Assembly (NCBI RefSeq): GCF_036321535.1
Contig: NC_087436.1
Coordinates: 16,182,001-16,246,000, forward strand
Length of the DNA stretch: 64,000 nucleotides
Reading direction: 5' to 3'
DNA from: Camelus dromedarius
Taxonomy: Eukaryota
Shown here piece by piece: positions 11,986-21,843 of this stretch; within the stretch, counting starts at the first letter, position 1, and each line of letters begins with the position of its first letter. A program made the position numbers and the translations under genes. The notes below the pieces were generated by a model, which saw only the letters and a list, made by a program, of their open reading frames with translations, made no database searches and was not told the DNA's origin.

Positions 11986-13065
11986 CTATAGTTTGTCCAG
12001 GCTTTTGGGATTGGTGAGAATTTCCCTGGCCAACCTCCAGGTCTGCTTGGCAGCGCTCTCCAGGGCCGAATGGGGCTTGCCCTGAAAAAGGTCGAGGTTG
12101 GGCAGAAAGTAGTGAGGGCAGCGGCGGCACTGCAGGCAGGAGATGAGCTGCAGCAGGATGCCGTTGAGCCGATCGCCGAGGCACGCCTCGTCCCAGTCCG
12201 TTTCCCGCGGGTGCTTCTCGCACTCGTACAGCAGCAGCGTCTTCATGTGGTAGTTGTTGAGCGGCTGGCCGGGCAGCTCCAGGTGGCGATCCCGCAGCGT
12301 CTTCAGCACGGAGAGGCACTTGTTTCGGCAGCCGCCCATCAGCAGGCGGTTCTCAGCCTCCCCGAACTGTAGCACCCAGGCATCGCTCTCCGCAGAGCTC
12401 TGCTTGCCGGTCAGCGAGTAGCATTCCTTAGAGAGCAAGTTGAACCCTTCGGCCTTGACCTCCGCCACCCGATTGGGGCCGGGCCAGGGGATGTGGGGCA
12501 TAGGCCACTGTGCCGCACTGCGAGGCCAGATACCGGTGCACTTGAACGCGGGAGTGATTTGCACCACATAGCGCTCCCTGATGCGCAGCTTGACCTCGCT
12601 GGTATCTGCGATCATCTTGACCACATCCCGATAGCTGCACTTGTCCACCGCCTGAGCCACCAGCGTCTGGAAACGCGAGCGGATCTTGCGCGCCGAGAGG
12701 TAGCCGGACGCTGTGATGAATTCGACCCAGAGAGACATGCTCCGCTTCCGCCCGTCGCTCAGTTTGAGCACCGCGCAGCCGGGCAGCGAGCCGTCGTCCA
12801 CGAAGTTGAAGACGCCCATCTGGTTTAGGTAGAGCACCACCTCGAATTCTGTGGGCGAGATGACCTCCAGCCCCTCGTAGCGGGCATCGATCTCGCTCAG
12901 GGAGCTGATGAAGCGAGGCTCCTGCACCTCCACTTCCTTTAGCACGTCCGAGACCACCTTACAGACCTCTCGGATGGTCTTGGCGATGGCCGCCTTGCGC
13001 GCTTGGCAGCGCTCAGTGTAGTATTTATTGAGCTGGTAGACCAGCTTGGCCTGAGCGGCGATCAT
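11986..13065 (-). CDS. MAB21L2: Protein mab-21-like 2 (359 aa, single coding exon; cGAS/Mab-21 nucleotidyltransferase fold)
   Basis: Uninterrupted ORF MIAAQAKLVYQLNKYY...LTNPKSLDKL*. ATG at 13065-13063 in context cccaacATGa, TAG at 11988-11986. YQLNKYYTERCQARK, SEIDARYEG and the C-terminal DKL fit L2 rather than L1, and L2 is the paralogue known to nest in LRBA. Confidence 0.98.
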   Translation of the reverse strand: MIAAQAKLVYQLNKYYTERCQARKAAIAKTIREVCKVVSDVLKEVEVQEPRFISSLSEIDARYEGLEVISPTEFEVVLYLNQMGVFNFVDDGSLPGCAVLKLSDGRKRSMSLWVEFITASGYLSARKIRSRFQTLVAQAVDKCSYRDVVKMIADTSEVKLRIRERYVVQITPAFKCTGIWPRSAAQWPMPHIPWPGPNRVAEVKAEGFNLLSKECYSLTGKQSSAESDAWVLQFGEAENRLLMGGCRNKCLSVLKTLRDRHLELPGQPLNNYHMKTLLLYECEKHPRETDWDEACLGDRLNGILLQLISCLQCRRCPHYFLPNLDLFQGKPHSALESAAKQTWRLAREILTNPKSLDKL

Positions 13066-13240
13066 GTTGGGGCACAGGTCCGGGCTGTACACCGGCGTCT
13101 CGCAATACGTTGAGGGATCCAAGGCTCACGCGCTGGTGGTGGCCCTGCGGCTTGCGAAAGAGGCGCTGCGTTCCCCTAAGCCCCACTTTCACTCTTGTTT
13201 TCCACCTGGGCTGACCGGCTGACGTTTCAGCCGTCCAGCT
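12040..13240. promoter_or_regulatory. CpG island over the MAB21L2 CDS and proximal leader
   Basis: High GC content and dense CpG compared with the AT-rich flanks. Confidence 0.85.
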
Positions 13241-14039
13241 CTTTCTCTCCCCTCTTTTGAAAGCTTTTTTCTTCTCCAGAAGAAAAAAAAAAAACCCCAA
13301 AAAACAGAAAAGATGATCTTTGAAAGAGAAAAGTACCTGCTGGGACTTTTTTGCTTTCTCTTGATGGGTGAAATCAAGACGTGCCTGCGGAAAAGATGAA
13401 GGGGAGGGGGGACAGACAGAGTGAGAGAGAAAAATTCAGGTTACCAAGAGGTTAGGCTTAGACGTCTGCAGCGGAGATGGCCCAGAAATCTGGAATTGAG
13501 GTCTTTTACGTGCCAAAGTAAATTTAAAAATAAAAGCGAAACATTCAGTGTTTCATTCTTAAACTTCTCTCCCAGACTGGTAGCACGTCTTCATTCGGCT
13601 TAGGTGAGTGCTTTTCTCCTCACCCTCCCCCAGATGGAAGGTGAAGGGTGTAATTAATGTCCCGAGAGCAGCGAAGTGCAACTCCGGCCGAGGCACACTC
13701 AGGTTTGCAGACGCCCGCCCGGCAATCTCAGCGTGTGGGTCTGGTCTCTTCTCGGGGGGTCCTCTTGTAGCGGTTTTCCTCTTTTCCTACTGGAGGCGTT
13801 GTTTGGACTGGGTTTGTTTGTTTGCAGTGGGTTCTTCTTGTCTTTCTCTAGGTGCAAACTGCTGGAAGTTGTTTGATACTCATTTCTGCTTCGTAATTTA
13901 TAATTTTGGCCCTCACAAAATCTATTTTAGTGTGACGAAGTCGTTGCTTGCGTTGCATCTGGGGTTTGGTTATAAGGATTCAAGGGTTTTTCTTCTCCTC
14001 CCCCTTTAGGTTGCTTGTGCAGATTCCACTTTATGAGTC

Positions 14040-14194
14040 GTCTCTCCCTCCTCCCCTCAGATGTCTCTCTCTCTTTCCCTCTTCTTAATCTCCCTCCCTC
14101 TCCCTCCCTCCTTCTCTCCCCCTCCCTTCCTCTCTCCCTCCCTCTCTACCTCTGTCTCCCTCCCCTTCTCTCCCCCCCTCCTTCTCTCTCTCTC

Positions 14195-14236
<42 letters not shown>
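14040..14236. repeat. ~200 bp polypyrimidine/(CT)n tract near the presumed MAB21L2 TSS
   Basis: Almost purely C/T on the + strand, ending in (CT)n runs. Confidence 0.93.
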
Positions 14237-14239
<3 letters not shown>

Positions 14240-14345
14240 CCTGGAGTTATTTAGTTTATGAATGGTCCTGGGCCATCATGAGGGGGGTGGAGCTTCGGTT
14301 CCTACAATCGCTATGCGAGCTGTCAGTGCTTTAGCCAATCCGAGA
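14237..14345 (-). promoter_or_regulatory. Probable MAB21L2 proximal promoter (GT/GC box 14282-14292, CTGTCA 14320-14325, CCAAT box 14335-14339)
   Basis: Motifs seen directly, about 1.2 kb upstream of the ATG, consistent with a long leader. The TSS position is inferred. Confidence 0.6.
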
Positions 14346-15879
14346 GAGAAGACAGGCATGCTTGGCAAACGGTAGCAGCCACCGCTGCTCTTGATAAAGA
14401 AAGAGGGGTAAAGAGAGAAGTAAGAAAATAGGAGGAGATAGTAGAAGTCAAATGCTCACACACATTTTACAGACCCCTCTTTATCCTCCTCTCATCAGTT
14501 ACAAGGAAGAAAAAGAGTGTATATAGAAGGGACTACTTGGAGATGGCTGGAATGACTGGAGAGAGAGTAGCAGTGGTTCAGATAGGTTCACTTTTTTTTT
14601 TCTATCAACATGGTGAAGAAGGTGCAAACTAACAAAATTACTTTTGCTTGAAGGCAAATGGAAGGAGGAAGGGGAATCTGGGAAAGGACCTAAATTTTTC
14701 TAAATTTTCTCCTCCAGCAGTATCTTCCCTTTTCTTCCCCTCCCCTCCCATTGTTGACAAGAGCCAGATCAGTTGCTGTATATGTACACTAGTTTGGGGG
14801 GGGGGCACGGATGGACTAGACATGGGGTGAGGGTTTATAACCGTAAATCTCTTTTCAGTAATTTCCATATGCTGTTGAAAAACGATTTAGGGCAAAAATA
14901 GCCCAAGCACTTTATTTGATAATTACTTCATATTTAAGATTCAGATATATTTAATGTTATTTATTGTTATGAGGACTAACAAGTTATGAGAGAAAAATAT
15001 GTTTATGTTGTGGAAAATGGTGCAGATTCATATATAGTAGAATTTTGTTGGATATATTTAAGCCACTAAAATTGATTTGAACTTAATGAAAATGAAGGGA
15101 AGTAAATGTGAACCTGAGTTAAAGTTTTCTTAAAATGTTAATATTGTAAATCTAATTTTGAATATTTTTAGGCAGTACCGAGTTTCACTTGTAAAATCAT
15201 TTTATTTTCATAATTGACTCTTGCTTTTAAAAGACTTCGCTGCTGCAAAAATCCATAACTATCCTGTTATTGATTACACAGATTGCTTCACTCCTCCCTT
15301 GGCATTTCAATGAAACTCATGCATGTGCTTTTAGTATATGTATTACCCTTTCAAGCTGTACCCATTGTAGCCTTTAGATACTTTTGGTTGAAAAACCTGT
15401 AACAGTTTTTCTGATTTGCTTAGAATTGAGGGTTTGTGTTTGAACTTCAGGTAGATGGATTCTGAGTCTTTTTAAGACAAATCAAGTAGATGGGAATATT
15501 TTTCGTCAGGTTTTAGACGTGTTACAGTCTCCGATAATGCAATAACACTAAAAATCTATGAAGCCGATCGTGTGAAGACTTCATTTTGCAAAACGCGGTA
15601 TGCGGCTTTTGCAAAACCAAAACCCCCTGGGAGGGCTTGACTTGTGGACCAGGTGAACATGAATTCAACTGCGTAGGGAAAGTTTATTTCATCGTGTACT
15701 TGATGTCAGACACTTGGATCTCTTGGTTCTTTCTTACATGTCTGGTGCGGACCACTGGTATCTTGTCACCCCTTCACTCTCATTGCCCTAAGTCTCTTTC
15801 TAAAGAAATTTGCCCCCCCCCCTTTTTTTTTAATCAAGTCGGATCTTTTGCCAGGGGTCTGTCTTTAGTGGCCAGGAGT

Positions 15880-16540
15880 TGGGAAGAACAGTTGGCAGTC
15901 AGTGTCCGCGAAATTCTGGGACGCCGACCTTTAGTCGACTTCTCGGGAGTGGCGGAGACTTGGGGCGGCTGTGGGCTCCAGTGGGCTCCAGCCTTCTTGG
16001 GGTGTGCGGCTGGCGTCGGGACCTGGGCTGCAGGAGGGTGGAGGGGGGCCCGGCTCCTGCCGGCTTCGCGCGCGTGGGACGCCCAGACTCTGTCCGCCAT
16101 CCTGCCATTGGCCGCGAGATCAGGCCGGCGCTCCGGGCAGGAGGGGCACTTGGCGGCAGGGAGTTTCGTGAACCGCCGGTAGAGGATGCGGAGAGGCTTC
16201 TTCCGAGGCGCAGTCATTGGGCGGAGACTTGTGTCAGGGCTATAGGGTGCGAAGCTTTCCCTCCCGGACCCTCAGGGTGGCCACCACTTCATCGCCCCTG
16301 GTCGGGGAGCCGCTGAGGCCTCGCGCGTGGAGCTGCCGGCCCGGGCTCCTGGCAGCGTTTACAGAAAGCCCCGGGGGTGACCACGGTGTCGTCCCTCTTC
16401 CGCGCCTGGGCCCGCGCGCTCTCTTCTCGGGTGGGGCGGCCCAAGCGGCGCGGATCTTCGCGCCACCACTCGTCCGACACCCCACTCCTCCTCTCCTCCC
16501 GGCTCTGTCAGGCACGACCAAGTTTCGTCCCACCCTTGTC
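15880..16540. promoter_or_regulatory. Second CpG island with ATTGG (16107, 16216) and GC boxes (16219, 16433)
   Basis: Very GC- and CpG-rich block with promoter-type motifs and no credible coding frame. Confidence 0.8.
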
Positions 16541-17779
16541 CCCTTGTTTCTGCACTTTTACATACTGAGGCTGAGGGGATGATAAAACGTTACAAATGTT
16601 TTGATTTAAAAACAATTCATTACCAATTTACCCTGTCCAGGGTAGATGCTCTAGTAAATAATAAATCAGTTAAACAAAGGCGACTTTAATTTATTGCCAT
16701 GGTACTAATTAGAAACATCATTTGAGCAATAAACTTAAACACTTCCAGCAAATAATGCTCCCTCTCGCCAGTTCTCTTCCTTCCCCCTCCCCCACCCCAA
16801 CTCACTCTGGCTGCCTCTGCTCTAAGAGCTGCTTCAGCTGTGTGTTTGCGGATCCGCTCTTCCTCTGGTTGAATAATTGAAGGGGGAAACGGTATCCGAG
16901 GAGGCTGTAATTGAAGAGCCCCTGTCACCTCTGCTTTTATGTATGTTAGTATAGAAGTCCATCAGCAGCTCCTTGATGGTGTATTAAAACGAAGTGGCAG
17001 CCCCTTCTGCAGGAGATACCGTATTCTATTAAAGGAGACCAAGTGAGAGAAAGAAACTCTAGAGGCTAAAAGCCACTTCAAGTCTTCAGACCGATTGATC
17101 TGTATTCTCTTGTTATAATCCGTCTCATCATACTTGAGTTAATGAGGCAAAAGAGGGGGAGTGAAATCTGATGGTCCTTGACAAATTCATTAGGGAGGCT
17201 GCAGGACATTTTATTTGACTGTTAAACATCTTGTTTGTTTGGTTTAGGCAGTGCCAACATCAGCATGCTTCTGCCCAGACCTATCATGTTGGGCTGGCTA
17301 CAGACTTTCCTAAAAAGAGAAAGAGGACATTGAGGATGTGATTTGAGTGTTTTGTTTTGGATTTCATGTAGTCCATAACCTTCAGATTTGTCTAGGATTT
17401 ACCTTCCTCATTATTACACTGGGAACATTTTATGAGACTGTAGATACTGAGGTGGGCATGTTTTTAATTACTATAAACTAAAAAAATGTATGTTTAAACT
17501 GTAGTCTGAAAAGTTCCCATTTCCTTAAAAAAATTGAGTCAAGTTATAGCAATTACTGTACTAGTGTTTGAAAATGTGAATGTTTAAGATACAGAAGAGT
17601 AGCCAGATTATACATTAGATCCTATTTTTACTTGGTCATGGTTAAAGAAACTTTTAATTATTAATTGAATTTCCTCTTTCAGTGAAACACTTATGGCTAC
17701 AGAAACTTGGAAATAAAAAGATTAACTATTTATACACATATAATCTTTTCAAAAGAAAATTTGTATATTTTAGTGATTC

Positions 17780-17880
17780 TTTTTTTTTTTTAATTGAAGT
17801 ATAGTCAGTTACAATGTGTCAGTTTCTGGTGTACAGCACAATGTCCCAGTCATGCATAGACATACATATATTTGTTCTCA
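17780..17880 (-). mobile_element. Severely 5'-truncated young L1 3' end with poly(A) tail
   Basis: poly(T)-aattgaagtatagtcagttacaatgtgtcagtttctggtgtacagcacaatgtcccagtcatgcat..., near-identical to 54983-55085 and similar to 30320-30484. Confidence 0.75.
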
Positions 17881-20800
17881 AAATTTGTGTATTTTAATTT
17901 GAGGGCCTTGTTATTTTTAAACTTAGAAGCAGAACCGGGTACTCTATGAATGGTGCTAAAATAAGGTGATGAGCTGACAAAATACTTAAAAAACAGAGAA
18001 TATTTCTAATTGAAGAATAATGGACAATTAAGCTAGAATGCTAAATCTTTTAATACTTTATTCTAAGCTAATAAGAATACAGTACTTGATTATTCTCAGT
18101 TTATCCATTTGTGGTACTTTCTTGCATAGAGAATTCAGTCATATTTTCCTTCAGCAATTGACTTAAACAGCCTCAGCTTAAGTGCTTTGAGAAAGAACTC
18201 TGTCTTCCATTTATAGGCAAACAGTATGAGAGAAAAAAGAAAGCTAATGCTCTTTGCCTGTCATTTTTATACATTCCTGCACTGCTGATGAAGCTCGAAC
18301 TGCTGCAGGGAATGTATGGATTTGAAAAGAAATGATTCAGTAGTTCATGTTGTGTTTCTCAGAAGCAAAACCAAACTAATGGCTGAAGTCAGTGCTTCTG
18401 TACATCTGACAGTTATAATCCTGTTTACATTTCCAGAGAATACAGAATCCTTAAACTGTTTTATTTTTTGCTGATCTTTACTTAGAAATGTGCTTACTGA
18501 GTTAAACTTCAGTGCAGCTTTTACTTTATCATATCACTGGGGCCTAAAAGATGTCCATTAATTTATTATCTGTAGAATAACATACAGTATTTCAATAATC
18601 TTTCCTAACGAGTGTACAGATTTTCAGTTATATGATTTTGTTTTCTGGGAAAACATTTAGAATTATTCAAAAAATAATCAGATTATTGACATTAAAAAAT
18701 CAACTCTCTGGATTTATACTTTTCGGAAAACAAAGGACCACATTTTACCTGTATGTATTCTTATCCTCTAAAATCTAACTTTAAAACATCTATGCAGTTG
18801 CTAAGTGTTTGGCTCTTGTATAATTAATCATTCAATGTATTTATAAAAATTCTTGATTTTTTTAAAAAGAAAATTCTTTTGGGAGGGTCAAAATGTAAAA
18901 GGGGAAATAAATAGCTATTAAATTCTCTGAATTTAAAAACTATTCCAGTAAAAACAGAAAGAAAAATAAATAACCCAGACACAGTTCATTAGTGTTGATG
19001 AAATTTCATTGAAGGAGTTATATTAAAATATCTGTAAGAAGCTTTAACAAAAGCAACTGTCAGAAATATAGCATCCACATTGTACTAAAAGTCAAAATAA
19101 AACCACATTCTCCTTCATTCTCTGTCAAATGTTCTAATTTTCCAAAGCCCCTAAGTATCATAGATATTGTTTCAAAACTGTTGATAATCGAGAGAATAAT
19201 TAGTACTTGAATTTTTTTCTTTGAACAGTTCACTGTAGTGCCTATTAATTTTATATAGTCAATCATGCTGTTAAGACAAGTTGTTGGGTTTTTTTTAAAA
19301 TTTCTTTCACAGAATAGCCTTATAAAAACCCTCCAAACCTTGTAATCTCTTTGATTGGTAACCCAAGGGTATTGTTCTCATTTGAACAGTTTGAACTTAA
19401 TGTTCTGTCAGGTCAAGGCAATAGTTTTAATTTTGTATAGCAAGCCTCAAACTGTGCTGAAAAATAAATGCTTCTGTGTACTTTTGAGTATTGTTTTGTG
19501 GGATTAAGTTTGTTTGGGTTACCTTGGATAATATATTTGATTAGTGATGCTTATACCTATTAAATTTTTACAAGTCTGATTCTTGTGTAGTTTAGTAGGT
19601 TGAAAAAATTGAAAGTACAATAGCTGTTTGTTTTTTCCCCAAGTTGAATGCCATCTGTATATATGAGTACATGATTAAGCTATATATAATCTAATATCAA
19701 CAAAATGTGCAATGATGGAGCAAAGAACTTGTGTTCAGGAAAATAGAAGTAAGCAGCTTTTAGCTTGACTGAAATGTAAATACTATGGTAATATTGAGCT
19801 AGGATATGAACTGTTAAGACAATCCGAGTTAATTTGGCAAGTATTTTTCAGAAGGTATTTCATTGAATTTACTATGTTTTCACTTATGCTGGCTTGTGTC
19901 TTTTGGCTTTACCAAGAAATCATTTCGCTTTTTCTCAGTTTTAGATTAACACATTTTTTACTTGTAGCAATCACATTCCTTTATTCCTGTAATACAGTTA
20001 AATAGTTGTTCTGAAGAGTTAAAACAAATAAGATTCTGTCTTGTCTGTCTTCTTTCCTTCCTTCTTAACAGTCTGAACTCATTAATGTACTATTGAGATA
20101 AGTATTAAATTTTACCTGTCTAATAACTTTGGCTTTCATGGCTCACTGTAATCTGATTTCACTCTAATTCAGTTCAGTTCAAAACATCAAATCTTATGGT
20201 TTAAAGAAGATATGGTATCCTCTGTTTAATAAGATGATACTACTGACTCACATGGAGAATATGCTTCTTGGGGTCTTAGAGCCATCCCCACGCCCATTTC
20301 TGCTTTCCCTTGTGATCAGCGCCAGACGTTTACAGAACAGATGATTGAGATTAGGGATGTAGGTTATGGCAGTACTGAGCCGTGCTTAGTTCAAAATATA
20401 AGACTGGCATTACGCTCTATATTTCTTTCGGGTCATATGAGACATTTTGTGGACTTATGTTTAAAATGATCAGTTAAGCGTGTCATAGGTGAATTTTCGT
20501 TACACTTTAGGAAAACTAGCCATTTTAAACATCTTAGTTTCTTTTGAAATATATAGGTTCTGCACAGTACCACTATATTAGTAGTAGTAGTAGTAATTTG
20601 GCATCAGTCTTCTGCTAAGATTACAAGAAATTTTTAATAGATTTTGTGTTATTTTTGCTGAAAATGTTAAAAAATCTAGCCTGTTTGTTCAGTTAAACAT
20701 TGTGGATTAGAGTAAAAATGATGTACTGAGAGGTTTCTCTGATTCCTGGTAGTGGTTAAATAACAACAACAAAAATCCTTCATTGGCTCTAATCTCTGTA

Positions 20801-21692
20801 TAGAAGACATCTGTGTAGTATAAATGAAATAATATTTGATGATCTAAGGAATGGAAACTTTCCCTTTAACCATCTGAAATAAAAGCGAGGATATAAAACA
20901 TCTGTCTTGGCCTATGTATATCAAGGTTCTGCCAGTCTGTTTCTTTTCTGAATTTTCCCTTTCTCTATTCCCTTATTATCTTTGAATCCTAAAGAGTCAT
21001 TCTCTTATTTTCTGACTAGTTTTGTCTATAGACAAAACCTGGGTTAGTAGGTTTAAATCAGCCTAGATAGAGTGAAAAATCTTTGATCTATGGCTGTGAC
21101 TGTTTCCAAATGATTTGCTTGCTGGGACCAGACACTATCCATGCCCTTTCACTTTGCTATCAGATAGGTACACACAAAGGACCTGAAAGGCCACCAGATG
21201 CACAGTTAATCATCATATTAGATAAGTAAAGGGTTCCAACCATACTTAATTAGATCTTCTGTTTCCAATAGTTACTTGTGCTATAGGACCTTGTTGGTTA
21301 AATACTCTACAAATCTAATCTTTTCTGCAAATGAATCAAAACTTTCTGTAAATTGTAGCTTCAGTTAAAAATGAATGATACAAAATTATGTATTTAAAAA
21401 AAAATACAAAGTTGTTGCTGTCACGTAGCTTACCTGCCTAGATAAGATAAAAGGGAGACAGTATGATAGTACTAAAGAGCATTAGTCTAGAGGGAAAAAA
21501 GCCCTGAATTTTTGTCCTAGCTTGCCTACAAACTGTGTGAGTGACCTTGATCAAGTCACTATCTCTGCTCACTATTTTCTCAATTGTTAAATGGGGAGAT
21601 AGATGAGGTTTTTTTTTTTTTTCTGCCTCTTCTAGATACAGAAATCTGTAATTTCCTACTATAACATGACTAATGTTGCTGTGTATATCTTT

Positions 21693-21843
21693 TTTTAAAA
21701 AAATTATTTATTTGCTTTTTTTTTATTTTGCTGGAGAAAGTAATTAGGTTTATTTATTTATTTTTAAAATGGTTGTCCTGGGGATTGAACCCAGGAACTT
21801 GCGCATGCTAAGCACAGACTACCACTGAGCTAGACTCTCCCCC
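21693..21843 (-). mobile_element. tRNA-derived SINE (camelid vic-1-like) with 17-bp TSD
   Basis: Reverse complement ggggagagtctagctcagtggtag...cctgggttcaatcccc contains A and B boxes and an A-rich tail. TSD ttg(c/t)tgtgtatatcttt at 21676-21692 and 21844-21860. Confidence 0.85.

Noticed and set aside
11834..12828. Overlapping alternative-frame and antisense ORFs in MAB21L2 (161, 100, 111, 70 aa)
   Set aside because: Expected by-products of GC-rich, stop-poor coding sequence, with no recognisable domains.
11986..13122. 378-aa ORF-track protein as the standard MAB21L2 product
   Set aside because: Its first codon is TTG, not ATG. The canonical protein starts at 13065 (359 aa). The extension is kept only as a hypothesis.
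13261..13450. Possible intron in the MAB21L2 5' UTR (minus-strand T-rich tract before an AG near 13275, donor-like GTAACC and GTACTT upstream)
   Set aside because: The donor matches are weak and the acceptor is GAG. Not supportable without transcript data.
15586..16582. Multiple 60-198 aa ORFs on both strands
   Set aside because: They coincide with a CpG island, are low-complexity (Arg/Gly/Pro/Ala-rich) and show no recognisable homology or splice structure.
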